Positions 42,301 through 59,111 of a stretch of DNA of 64,000 bases are shown here, in pieces (position 1 is the stretch's first letter; each line of letters opens with the position of its first letter). The translations under genes were made by a program, and so were the position numbers. The DNA is from the human T2T-CHM13v2.0 reference genome, Homo sapiens, in NCBI RefSeq assembly GCF_009914755.1, contig NC_060945.1; one strand, 5' to 3'. A model generated the notes under the pieces. It was not told the origin of the DNA, did no database searches, and saw nothing but the letters and a program-made list of their open reading frames with translations.

Positions 42301-42886
42301 CATTTAAATAAATCAAAATCATATAAAGTGTCTTCTCAGCCCACAGCAGAATAAAACCAGAAATCAATTCCAAGAGGAAACCTCAAAACTATACAAATAC
42401 ATGGAAATTAGCAGTCTGCTCCTGAATGATTTTCTAGTCAACAATGAAATCAATACATAATCTAAAAACTGTTTCAAAATGAGTAACAGTGACAAAAGTT
42501 ATCAAAACTTCTGGGATACAGCACAAGCAGTGCTAAAAGGAAAGTTTATAGTGCTAAATGCCTACATCAAAATGGCAGATCATAAATTGACAACCTAATG
42601 TCACACCTCAAGGAACTAGAGAGACAATAACAATCCAGCCTCAAAACAAGCAAATGAAAATAAATAACAAAGATCAGAGCAGAATTAAATGAAACTGAAA
42701 CCACAAAAGCAATATAAAGGATTCATGAAATGAAAAGTTGGTTCTTTGAAAAGTTAAAAAAATAAAATGATAGATCATTAGCTGAATTTACCATGAAAAT
42801 AAGACAGAAGATTCAAATCTCAAACAGAAATGAAAATGGAGACATTACAACTGATACCATAAAATACAAAAGACTATTTGAGACTA

Positions 42887-43177
<291 letters not shown>

Positions 43178-45607
43178 TGAGACTACAATGAACACCTCTA
43201 TGCATACAAACTAGAAAATCTAGAAAAAAATGGATAAATTCCTGCAAACATACAACCCCCTAAACTTGGATCAGGAGGAGATAGAAATCTTGAACAGACC
43301 AATAACAAGCAGTGAGATTTACTCAATAATAAAAAGTCTCCCAACAAAATAAAGTCCAGGACCAGATAGATTCACAGCTGAATTGAACCTGACATTCACA
43401 GAAGAATTGGTACCAATTACACTGAAACTATTTCAAGTGATTGAGAAGGAGGCAAATTCTCATTAACCCATTCTATGAAGTCACTATCACACTGATACCA
43501 AAGCCAGGAAAAGGCATCACAGCAACAACAACAACATCATCAAGAAATTACAGACCAATATCCCTATTAAACATAGAGGCAAAAATACTCAAGAAAATAC
43601 TAGTCAACCAAACCCAACAGTACATCAAGCAGATAATTCATTATCAATAAGTGAGTTTCATCTCTGACATGGTTCAATATACACGAGTCAATAAAAGTGA
43701 TTCACCACGTAAATAGAATCAAAAACAAAAAGCATGATTATCTCAATAGACACAGGAAAAGCATTTGATAAAATCCAGCATCCCACTCCTTTATTGTAAA
43801 AACCCTGAACAGACTATGCAGAGAAGGAACATACCTCAAAATAATAACAGCCATCTATGACAAACCCACAGCCAACATCGTATTGAAGGGTAAAGTTGAA
43901 AACATTTCTGCTAAAAACTAGAACAAGGCAAGGATGCCCATTTTCTCCACTTCTATTTAACATCGTACTGGAAGTCCTAGCCAGAACAATCCGGCAAAAT
44001 AAAGAAATAATGCTCACACCAATTGGAGAAGATGCGTCAAACAATCTGTTTGTGGATGCTATAATCTCATACCTAGAAAACCCTAAAGACTCTCCAAAAG
44101 ACTCCCAAATTTGATAAATAAATTCAGTAAAGTATCAGGTTAAAAAAATTCAATGTACATAAGTCAGTAGCACTACTACACAGCAATAATAACCAAACAT
44201 AATTAAATCAAGAACTCAATCCCATTTACAATATTTACAAATAAAATGAAATACCTAGGAATATACTTAAGCAAAGAGGTGAATTATTTCCATAAGGAGA
44301 ATGACAAAACACTGATAAAATAAATCGTAGATGACACATACAAATTGAAAACCATCCCATGCTCATAGATTATAGGGATAAATATTGTAAAAATGACCAT
44401 ACTACCCAAAGCAATCTAAAGATTCCATACAATTCCTACCAAAATACCTATGTCACCTATCCACAAAATTAAAAAGATAGTGGTGAAATTTATATGGAAT
44501 AAAAAAGGGCCCAAATAGCAAAAGCAATCCTAAGCAATAAAAGCAAATCTGGAGGCATCACATTAACCAATTTTAAATTATGCTACAAGACTGTAGTAAC
44601 CAAAACAGCATGATAATGGTACAAAAGTAGACATATAGACCAAAGGAAAGGAATAGAAAAGAGATCCCAGAAATAGAGCCAAATACCTACAACCAACTTA
44701 TCTTCAGCAAAGAAGACAAAAACACACTGGGGAAAGGACACCCTATTCAATAAAATGCTGTGAAAACTGGATAATCACATGCAGATGAATAAAACTGGAT
44801 TCCTATCTCGCACCATATGCAGAAATTAACTCAGGATGAATTAAAGACATAAAACTAAGACCTGAAATCACAAAAATTCTAGACAAAAACCTAAGAAAAA
44901 CTCTTCTGGATATTGGCTTTGGCAAATAATGTATGACTAAGATCCCAAAGGCAAATGCAACAAAAACAAAAATAAATAAGTGGGACCTAATTAAACAAAA
45001 AGCTTCTGCACAACAAAATAATCAACAGAGTAAACCACCTACAGAATGGGAGAAAATATTTGCAAACCATACATCTGACAAAGGGCTAATCTCTAGAATC
45101 TACAAGGAACTTAAACAAATCAGCCAGAAAAATCAAATAATCTCATTAAAAAGTAGGCAAACACATGAAAAGATATTTCTAAAAAAAAAAAAGATATACA
45201 AATGGCCAAGAAACATGAAAAAATGCTCAACATTACTAATAATCAGAGAAATTCACATTAATACCACAGTGGGATTGTTCTTTACCCCAGCCATTATTTA
45301 AAAGTCAAGAAGCAATAGATGTTGTTTCTGATGTGAAAGGGAACGCTTATACACTGCTGATGGCAATGTAAATTACTAAAACTTCTATGGAATGCAGTGT
45401 GGAGATTTCTCAAAGAACTAAAAATAGACCTATCATTTTTTCCAACTATCCTTTTACTGGGTATCTACTCAAAGGAAAATAACGAATTATATCAAAAAGA
45501 CACTGGACACATATGTTTATCATGGCACAATTTACAGTTGCAAAGGTGTAGAATAGACTTAAATGCCCATCAACCAATGACTGAATAAAGAAAATGTGGT
45601 GTATGTA

Positions 45608-45722
45608 TGTATATGCACCAAGGTTACTACCTTAGCCGTAAACAGAACAAAATGATTTTTTTTTTGTATATGCACCATGGACTACTACCTTAGCCATAAA
45701 TAGAACAAAATAATTTTTTTTT
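45608..45722 (+). repeat. ~57-bp tandem duplication within the L1PB 3' region
   Basis: Two copies of tgtatatgcacca..tactaccttagcc.taaa.agaacaaaat.attttt. Confidence 0.92.
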
Positions 45723-45941
45723 TGTAGCAACTTGGATGGAACTGGAGACTATAATCCTAAGTTAATTTACTCAGGAATAGAAAACAAAATACTATATACT
45801 ACATGTTCTCATTTATAGGTGGAAGCTAACTATGGGCACACAAAGGCATACAGTGTGTTGTAATGGATATTAGAACCTCAGAAGGGGGAAAGGAAGGAAG
45901 AGAATTACACAAGAAAAATTACCTATTGGGTCGAATAATCC

Positions 45942-46256
45942 TTTTTTTTTTTTTTTTTTGAGATGGAGTCTCACTCTATTGCCCAGGCTGGAGTGCAGTG
46001 GCAAGATCTTGACTTACTGCAACCTCCGCCTCTGGGTTCAAGCGATTCTCCTGCCTCAGCCTCCTGAGTAGCTGGGATTACATGCACCTACCACCATGCC
46101 TGGCTAATTTTTTTTGTTGTTGTTTTTTGTATTTGTAGTAGAGACAGGGTTTCACCATGTTGGCCAGGCTGGTCTTAATCTTCTCACCTCAAGTGATCTG
46201 CCTGCCTCAGCCTCCCAAAGTGCTGGGATTACAGGTGTGAGCCACTGCGCCCAGCC
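45942..46256 (-). mobile_element. AluSx/Sz inserted in L1PB 3' UTR
   Basis: Full antisense Alu with T tail; no clear TSD. Confidence 0.93.
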
Positions 46257-46752
46257 AGGGGATGGATATTCTCAAAGTCCAGACATCACCACCACACAAT
46301 TCATACATGTAACCAAAAAACATTTGTATACCTGATGGTATTATAATAAAAAGACTAATAAGAAAATGTTGGTAAAGATTTATTTGACTTTTAGATAGAG
46401 ATCTTTATTTAAAACACAAAGTCTGAAAAGATATAATTAATCAAGACTGAAAAAAGACAGAAGGATGATTGTATAAAAAATCCTACTTCATAAAAATATG
46501 GTTGAATAATCACAAAGAGGTACAGATACATACTTACTAGACAGTTAAAGATATAGAGCCACCGTTTTCTTATACATTGCCAATGAAGTATAATTGGTTC
46601 AACTTTGGAACATATTTTGACATTATCTACTAAGGAAAAAGATATACAGTTCTTAGAACATAGCAATTTCACCAACTAATAATATTATTCTAGTATTGTC
46701 AAGGAGAGAAATGTGACATTGTTTTTCATTTAAAAAAAAAAAAAAGAAAACC

Positions 46753-48120
<1,368 letters not shown>

Positions 48121-48235
48121 ATAAGATGTTTTGTTCTTTAGAAGGTGTTCTAATCTAGCCAGTGCTAGGAAGCCAGCTTACTCAAGGGTTAATGGACAAA
48201 TGCTTTGAGGCATATAACATAGAAGATTCAACAAA

Positions 48236-49769
<1,534 letters not shown>

Positions 49770-49810
49770 GAAGTTTGGCTTTGTTTTAGGATACCAAGTA
49801 AACAGGTTTT

Positions 49811-49842
49811 TTTGTTTGTTTGTTTGTTTGTTTGTTTGTTTT
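49811..49842 (+). repeat. (TTTG)n microsatellite
   Basis: Direct reading. Confidence 0.95.
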
Positions 49843-50302
49843 AAAAGGGAAGGCCATATAACGTTGACTGCATTATGTCTATGCTTGGGACACAGGGTAT
49901 TTCCATCTGGCAGTTAATTATTCAAAGAATAATAATTTTATAATGGTATAAAGTCATCCAGACTATAAACAATACGGACACTTACAAAGTTGTTTTATAT
50001 GTTTAGTATAGTTTTGATACCCAAATCAGAATAGGACTATTTGTAATAAAGGAAGGTTACAGGTTTATCTGACTTTTGAAAAAATATTTTAATATTCTAC
50101 ATAACAAATGATAAGAAGATTTCCATAAAATCCATCATAACCCAGAAGTTTAAGGATGATTTTCTAAACAAGTTACAGGCATGCCTACCTAATATTACAC
50201 CCCATTTTCTACTTGCCAATGAAAGCTGTTTATTTAGTAAGTAATTCCTTTTTTTTATTTCTCTTTCTCGTCTTCCTTTGCAAGCATGCAATTTGAACAT
50301 AT

Positions 50303-50672
50303 TTGTGGCCAGTGAGATGTTATCAAATCTGGTTGGGCATTTGCATGAAAAGGTTGTTCTCTCTCAATGAAATGAAACAGGTTCTGGGACCACGCTTCCT
50401 TGTCTCTTCTTTTTTTTTGAATAATGGCATGTTCTCCAAAGCTCTAGTAGCTACCTTCAAACACTTAGGTAAAAGCATGAGGGTGAAATCATAATAAGTT
50501 AAGCATGGTACAGTGAAAAGATGACAAAAGCCTTGATCCCTTATCTCATGTTTAAGAAACGATCTGCTTCATCTACTGCCATCTTTCAACTTACTCTCAC
50601 TTGAAGAAAAAAACAAATACTTCAGTCATTGTTAGTTTTATTTAATGGCAGCTGGCAGCACTCTTAACTGAT
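50303..50672 (+). mobile_element. LTR33-like ERVL LTR
   Basis: 'tggccagtgagatgt', 'aagcatgagggtgaaatc..taagcatggtacagtgaaaagatgacaaaagccttgatccctt', end 'gcagctggcagcactcttaactga'. Confidence 0.65.
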
Positions 50673-50689
50673 TAAAAATATGTATCATG

Positions 50690-50930
50690 AACAAATGCTA
50701 TTCTCCATACTAATGGATCTGATGGATGAAATCCAGATGGTCATGTCAATAGATGTAGAGAAAAAATTCTTCTTTAAAAAAAGAAGAGCAATTTATAATT
50801 TAGACAAATGTAATGTAGGAATCAAGAAAAAAAAAACTCTCTAAATCTGATAAAGAGCATTAGCTTGAAACCTGAAGCAAACATAATTAATCGAGGAATA
50901 TTTGCAGCATTAGCCTTGAAACCATAAAGT
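50690..50930 (+). mobile_element. Old L1M ORF2 (RT) fragment
   Basis: 'atggtcatgtcaatagatgtagagaaa' (MIISIDAEK-like), 'aaatctgataaagagcat..aaacctgaagcaaacat'. Confidence 0.6.
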
Positions 50931-53900
50931 GAATTTACACAACACACAACACGTGCTGTAAAACATGACTATACCAAAATAATGCTTACTTATTAAAGTA
51001 AATGGATGCTGAATGAGGTATTTACTCTTTTTTCTCAATGTTTTGACTGAAGTTCGAAACAATAAGAATATTGGAGAACCACATCAATATTTGTAAGAGA
51101 TGTGCAGTTAGACCGTGGCATGCACAACTTGCTAAACTATAGCTAATCTTCATTAAATCCATTAAAAAACAGCTGACCACACTCCCTAATTCCATAGAAG
51201 AGAAAGTGTAGATTATCCACAAACCGTAACTATTTTTTCTTAGTTCTCTCTAGGGTCAAAATGGGAGATTTTCTGGAGCTTCGTGAAATGGAAGGAAGTT
51301 GCCTGCATTTCCAATGTTTGTTATGGCCAGCAGAGCCACCCAGCTGTACAACTCCATGATGCATTCTTTCAACTTGTTCAGTGCACAATCCCATAAACTA
51401 TGAAGCAAGTATGCTTTGACATGAATGCATGTGTTTCCTCTGGGCCAAGAAAATGCCATGGAACATAACTGGAATGAACTGTCTTGATATGGTCCCAAAC
51501 TGGAAAGCTAGCTTCCTGAGCTACCTCTATCTGGAGGGATATTTCCAGAAGGCAGAAGATAAAAGTGGGTTATAAGAGGCTACCACTTATAAACTTCAGC
51601 GGTGAATCGGGGAATTCCAGTGTGTACACACCTATGGGAGAGATTCTGAAGACTCCATTGACAGAGGCCTTGGAAAAGAAAGTATTTGGATGCTTGTCAC
51701 ACTCAGAGATATTGACAAGGAAGGCAGGTCTGCAAAAAACCCTACTTAGATATAAAGAATTTTGCCCTGTTTCTAAGTATTCTTTTACTCTCAATTAAGG
51801 AGGATCTGGAATATCAACAAAAGAGAAGAAGTAGACAATAAAACAAAATCACAATGTGAGAGAAGCAAAACCCGGGGTTTTAACCAGTTCTCTGAAATGG
51901 GTTCCATAGCTATGACCTCAACTGAAAGGGAGAGAAGACGCGTTACATTAAATATAAGCTTGAGGTTTTGGGTTAAACTGGTAATTTCAACCCCTGAAGA
52001 GTAATGGTAATTATCAAAAATGAACTTATATTTGTAACTGTGACTCAAAAGCCAGGGACTTTTCTGAGTTTTTGCTATGCAGGGACAGATAAAAGAGGTT
52101 TGACACAACACATAGGAGTTAATGAAAGGAGGAAAAATAAACTAAGTTTTGATAGCATTTAAATCAGTTCAGAAATTTCAAAACCTGGGAAAATTTTAAC
52201 TCCAAATATTTTTTAGAGACTTTAAACATGCTAACATGTTAATCTGTTTATTTTGAATAAACAATATCAGACTTAATTTATATATGAATAATAAAACATG
52301 CATTTAATTTTCTATAGTCAGAATGAAAGTTAAAACAACAAATAGTTGTGTGATTCCTAGTTTATTTCTTTGCCTTCTAAATACATTTGACAAATCATCT
52401 ATTCTGTCTGGTTTCTTATCTCAAATTCAATATTTCCATTAAGGGGTTAAATCTTTATTTGGGTCAAGACGGACAATTAAATCATCTAAGCTCACTGTCA
52501 AATTTACTGATGCCATGAGTGAATGTGTGGGACATTTGGCTTCAGCAGTCAGCAAACGTCAGGGGACTGATATTTTCTTTCATATGCCATCTTTTCAGTC
52601 ATATAGGATTAGAGGTTTGGAGTCTTTCAGATGCACATTGGATACATAGAGTTATATTAAAGGGATTTCCTTTCTTTCAAGTGGGCTCAGTAATAGGGAA
52701 AAATAAGAATTTTTTCAATATCTCATTTTATTGCAAATGTGGATTTTAGGACCATGATGATTAAATAAGCAAGTGAATGAGGTTGAGATTATAAGGTTGA
52801 AAGCCATCTCTGCTATTCGCAAAGGAAAGAAGAAGGCAGAGGTGGGGGTGGGGCAGAGAAGAAGGCTAGGAGGAGAGGACATGGCTGAAGGAGGAGATCA
52901 TGGACTGGCATTCTGAATACTGGAACCAAATGCTTTTGAATGACATAACTGGGTTTGTGCTATAAAATCAGATGTTCTTCTGGTTTCTGAGTGTCATATG
53001 TTCACTGAAAAGCATTAGAAATAATAACAAAATAATTAATTTAATCAGCAGTCCATCCAGTTTCATAACAGATATTGAATTACTAAATCCTGTTTCTGAA
53101 TTTTACCCCTCTGGTCGAATATAAAATGAATAGGGAAATTATTTTCACCGCTGAAGTTTATTATAGATATTCTCTGAACTTTGCTGCCCATTCAGAAGAT
53201 CTTACCCTCTCAGTTATTGGCTATGTCTGAAGAGAAGCCTGTGGTGTTGTCATGAAAGCTGCGAAGACCCGTAAGTGAAAGAGATGAATATTAACCAAAT
53301 GCCAAGAGCAAAGCAAATTATGTTTAGGTTAGGACCGTGTAACAACTTGGTTCCACTCATTTACAGTGGCTGTTCAAATTGATGAGCTGAAATGTTTATA
53401 TGCTGATATCAACTCTGCCCTGGTTGATTTTTATTCTAGGGTATTTGCAGAGTTCCCACTTTCAAATGCACGTAGAGAAAATAATCCCCATCAGGACATC
53501 TGGCATTGTTTTTAAACTATCACTTCACTCAGCCTTTGACTGCTAATTTGTTTTTCTTTCTAACTTGTTTAATTTGGAACAATCTTGTTGTAGTCTTTAC
53601 AGCCTCTCTGTGGTGTTTCTTCATTGTAAAAAACAATATGAAATGCAATACAAAGTCTTCCACCACTCACTCCATGAAGCATGCACTATAATATAAAACA
53701 GACAGGTTGCCAATGATGGGCATCCAATAGCCTATTATTTATTAATCTTTAGCATTGATATAAAAGAAGGAATAAATATATTATTTGGTAATTAACCATA
53801 TTCTTCTGCTCCTGAATTCTAAATTTTTGAGAGGCCTTGATAATCAAAAATCAATAATACTTTACTTAATTATAAATTCTGGTTCACTTTGAAAAATGGT

Positions 53901-55938
53901 AGAGATTATTATATTTTTCAATTGTTTGAAACGATAAATTGTTCATTGGACTGAACAACGTGTCTTTTTCTCTTCAAATAATTTTATTTCCCCAATCTCC
54001 ATGTAACCTTTATATATGGAAGTCGCACGCTAGAAACATGGATAATCATGTCATTCATCTCCTGATTGATTCAGATTTATTAATAATGGTACTTATGAGT
54101 ATTAAAGGTATTTGACTTCCATCATCCACTACTGTGGTAGTTATGCTACTGCCCTATTTTTAAAAACCTAAATTCTAAAATCATTTTGATCAACCTCCAA
54201 CCATGGACAAATTACTTCATACTTGGCTGTATGTACCTATTAAAAGATATACTATACAGTGCAATATGTCATCCAATGTTTTATCTGAAAATATGTATTC
54301 CAACTATAGTAGGTTACCAGGGGATCTAAAATGCCATATTATTTCAAAATCGAAGACATGTAGTTCATTTTAGTTAATGATTTTTAGAATTCAAGATTAG
54401 ATATGGATCAGTCTACACTATTAAGTTTATTACATTAAGTCATCAGGAGAATAAGTAAAAGGGTGTTTTGCTTGTGGGAAAAAAAAAGAGACAAAAATAT
54501 GTCTGGTTTTCAATTAGATAAAACCTTCAAACTGCTCAAGGCATGGTCTTTATTGATTTAAAAATAAAACCCAAAGTAATACATTATATATTCCTATTTA
54601 ATTATGTATAAATATGATGGACTTAAAACATTAACTTTATTTCTTCTTATTTATGATCAGTTTAACTACAAATATAAGCTGTACCTTTGCATATCAAGTC
54701 CTATATTAAAAGATTATTCTTTTTGAGATTTAAAGAGCACATTTATAATATTTAATTAACTGTAGGAGGACTATTTTTGTAGATTTTGCAATTTGTTTCT
54801 CAGTTTAATATAATAGATTTTAATTAAAAATGTAGTTTCTATTCATTGGTGAGTATTGCATTATTCATCACCAGGGTACAGGATCTAACAAATATGTAAC
54901 ATTTTAAAATAGCAGTGTTGTCACATACTTTAGGGGCTCGATATTAAGTAGAAGGTGTTGTTTAATAATAGTAAAGGGAAAGACAAATAATTGTTTTTCT
55001 AGTCTAATTTGTTTTTGATATTCATAGTAAAAATCTCCTTTGGCTTCTATGATAAATACATATTTATCAACTGCCTTCCTTAGAGTATAAAGTAAAACAA
55101 AGAACTCTTGCCATGTCCCTAATCTAAAGTAAACCTGGTCATAAGCCAAATTATTCTGAAGTGCCTGCTAAATTTGGATCTTAGAATATTTGCCAAATGT
55201 GTAACTTGCCTTAACTGTGTATATTGTACAGTCAAATGTCAACAGTGTAGTTACATTGCTAAAAACCTTGGCTTTCAGCCTCATCTTGCAATTGAGTGCA
55301 GACATAACATATGAAAAATACATTTTATATAATCTAGTGTCAGTGGGCATGGTTACTATGATAAAATTAAATATCAACAAATAAAAAATAGGCCTTTGCA
55401 CTAAAGCCATGCTTTGTCTTTCAGTAATATTAGATGTTAGTGAGAAAAATGTTTTCCTTTAAATGATGCAAAGATTAAGTAAAGAAACTTGCAGAACCTA
55501 TTATACTTGTTCTCAAATTTGGAGTTCTAAAACACAATGTTCATGAATAGGTTATAGAAGTACAACAAAATTATCAGGGACTTTAATGGAGGTTCAATGA
55601 GGGAAAAATATATGCGTGTCCATCCAAAAAAGCAATTCTATTATTTTGGGGATGGTGAAACATTGTTTGGAAATGAAAACAATTATGAAGATAAAGCTTT
55701 CATCTTTCCAGCCCAACCAGTTAACTTAACATTTTAGACTAAAATTTGGTGCAAAAAGTTGCCATGTTTTCTAAACTTACTAATAGTTATATTACCTATT
55801 TACAAAGTGCTGCTTTAATATTTTAAAGCCATATTAAATTTATTTATACTAGCAATTTTTCAGCCTAATTCCAAGGATGATACTCAGGGTGTTATGAATC
55901 TTTTCTGAATGCCTGCAAAATTTTGATAGAATAGGCTT

Positions 55939-58243
55939 TGTATTAGTTTGTTCTCATGCTACTAATAAAGACTTAACTGAGAATGGATAATTTATAAAGG
56001 AAAGAGGTTTAATGGACTCACAGTTCCACATGGCTGGAGAGGCTTCCCAATCATGGCAGAAGATGAAGGAAGAGCAAGGGACGTCTTACATGGCAGCTAG
56101 CAAGAGAGTGTGTGCAGGGGAACGCTTCTTTATAAAACCATCAGATCTCTTGAGACTTATTCACTACCATGAGAACAGCACAGGAAAGACCTTCCCCCAT
56201 GATTCAATTACCTCCCCCTAGAAACCTCCCATGACACATGGGAATTATGGGACCTACAATTCAAGATGAGATTTGGGTAGGGACAGAGCCAAACGATATC
56301 ATTCTGCCCCTGGCCCCTCCCAAATCTCATGTCCTCACATTTCAAAATGAATCATGTCTTCTCAACAGTCCCCCAAAGTCTTAACTCATTTCAGCATTAA
56401 CTCAAAAGTCCACAGTCCAAAGTTTCATCTGACAAAAAGCAAGTTCCTGCCACCTATAAGCTTGTAAAATCAAAAGCAATTAATTATCTTCCAGATAAAA
56501 TGGGAGTACAGGCATTGGGTAAGTGTACCTGTTCCAAATAGGAGCAATTGGCCAAAACAAAGGGGTTACAAGGCCCACGTAAGTCTTAAATTTAGTAAGG
56601 CTGTAATTAAACCCTAAAGTTCCAAAATGATCTCCTTTCATTCCAAGTCTCATATCCAGTTTACCCTGATGCAAGAGGTGAGTTTCCATGGCTTTGGGCA
56701 GCTCCACCCCTATGACTTTGCAGGGCACAGCTTCCCTCCTGTCTGCTTTCACAGACTGGCATTGAGTGCCTGTGGCTTTTCTAGGTGCACAGTACAAGCT
56801 GTTGGTGAATCTACCATTCTTGGGTCTGGAGGATGGTGGCCTTCTTCCCACAGCTCCACTAGGCAGTGCTCCAGTAGGGACTCTGTGTAGTGGCTCCAAC
56901 TCCACATTTCCCTTCCACACTGCCCTAGCAGAGGTTCTCCATGAGAGCTCCTCCCCTGCAGCAAACTTCTGCCTAGACATCCCAGTGTTTCCATATATCC
57001 ACTGAAATCTAGGTGGAGATTCCAAAACCTCAATTCTAGACTTTTGTGTACCCACAGACTTAACACCACATGGAAACTGAAAAGCTTGGGGCTTGCACCC
57101 TCTGAAGCCATGGCCTGAGTTGTACCTTGGCTCCTTATAGCCACAGCTGGAGCAGTTGGGATGCAGAACACCAAGTCCCTCGGCTGCACACAGCAGCGGG
57201 GCTGTGGGCCAGGCCCACAAAACAATTTTTTTCTCCCAGCCCTCCAGTGCTGTGATGGGAGGGGCTGCTTGGAGGGTCTCTGACATGCCCTGGAGACATT
57301 TTCCCCATTGTCTTGGCAATTAACATTTGGCTCCTCATTAGGCAAATTTCTGCAGCCAGCTTGAACTTCTCCTCAGAAGATGTTTTTTTTTTTTTTCTAT
57401 CACATCATCAGGCTGCACATTTTCTGAATTTTTATACTCTGCTTCTGTTTTAAACATAAGTTCCAATTCCAAACCATATCTTTGAGAATACATAAAACTG
57501 AATGCTTTTAACAGCACCCAAGTCACATCTTGAATGCTTTACTGCTTAGAAATTTTTTTCCACCAGATGTCCTAAATCACCTCTCTCAAGTTCAAAGTTC
57601 CATGACTCTCTAGGGCAGGGGCAAAATTTCACCAGCCTCTTTGCTAAAACATAACAAGAGTCACCTTTATTCCAGTTCCCAACAAGTTCCTCATCTCCAT
57701 CTGAGATGAGCTGCATTTAGTCAAAGTCATTCAACAAGTCTCTACAAAGTTGCAAACTTTCCCATATCATCCTGTCCGCTTCTGAGCCCCCCAAACTGTT
57801 CCAATCTGTGCCTGTTACCCAGTTCCAAAGTCACTTCTACATTTTAGGGTATCTTTAGAGCAGCATCCCACTACCTGGTACCAATTTACTGTTAGTCTAT
57901 TTTCATGCTGCTAATAAGGGCATACCTGAGACTGGGTAATTTATAAAGGAAAGAGATTTAGTTGACTCACAGCTCCAAATGGCAGAACTAATCATGGTGA
58001 AAGGAGAAGGAAGAGCAAAGGGACATCTTACGTGGTGTTAGGCAAGAGAGCGTGTGCAGGGTAACTCTCCTTTATAAAACCATCAGATCTCCTGAGACTT
58101 TCTTACTATCTCAAGAATAGCACAGGAAAGACCCACCCCCATTATTCATTTACCTCCCACCGGATCTCTTCCACAACATGTGGGAATTATGGGAGCTACA
58201 ATTCAAGATGAGATTTGGGTGGGAACACAGCCAAACCATATCA
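55939..58243 (-). mobile_element. Complete THE1C-like MaLR provirus (3' LTR 55939-56301, internal 56302-57889, 5' LTR 57890-58243)
   Basis: Two LTRs, ~1.6-kb internal region, PBS-side 'ctggtaccaatttac', perfect 5-bp TSD ggctt (55934-55938, 58244-58248); ORFs at 56480-57345 are internal-ORF remnants. Confidence 0.96.
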
Positions 58244-59111
58244 GGCTTGTATATATTGGTTTAGGGTAAGAGATGGGGGTTAGAAAATCTAAATTCTTCA
58301 TCACAGTCTTCAGTAGATTTTGACCCATTCAAAAGCTAAGAATCACTAGTATGTTCCATTCTATTCTGATACTTGGCTGCTTCTGTCATTATACTCTTCT
58401 ACCATTATCCTTCCTTAAAAAGTTATTTTGCTGTAGGCAGATATTCTGAGTAGTTGAAACGAAAGTTTCAGTCTTAAATGTTTTCTCCATGATGTAATTT
58501 AATAGTGATCTGGGTAAAACTTAAAACACCACTTTTAATAGAGTGATACCCTAATAAAATACACTTTCATGGAGCTTTGTTAAATATGTCTGCAACAGTG
58601 TGCTACTGTTTTTAAAAACATTTTCTATTTTATATTATACAGATATGAGAAAACTGCCATTCTAACAATTACAATGAGCTCAAATGCCTTCAGTCTTAGA
58701 ACAAAACCAGATGAAAATTATTGTTACTTAAAAAAAAATAGATCTTTTAAAATGAACTCTTCCTCCCACTCCAAATTTCTCCATTGTGATGTAACTTAAA
58801 TATTGCTGTTTCTTTAGTAAAAAAATTAAAAAAGACACGTTTTGATTATTTTCATAATTAATATATTAGTAGCAATATTTTTCTAATTGCCATTACTCTT
58901 TTGTACTTTGTTATTTTTGCTGTCTTTAACCTAGACATTGGGAAAGAAAATTTTAAAAAATGTTTTTAACAGCTTCTTTAGGAGCCCAGTTCATGCTTAG
59001 TACAGTCATCAAAAATTCTACTAAGCTTCACAAACTATTATATAGATTTTTATAATACCTAGTTTCTTAAAAAAGGAATTAGATTACAGAAATTTGGGCT
59101 TAAAATATTTT

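Noticed and set aside
51330-51770. Possible MER91 and L3/CR1 fragments
   Set aside because: Similarity too weak to call by eye
56200-56240. PRDM9 hotspot motif CCTCCCTNNCCAC known from THE1A/B
   Set aside because: I did not see the motif in the THE1 LTRs here
56480-57345. 279-aa and 198-aa ORFs as a domesticated gene
   Set aside because: Frameshifted pieces of the common THE1 internal ORF, with no sign of a single intact frame
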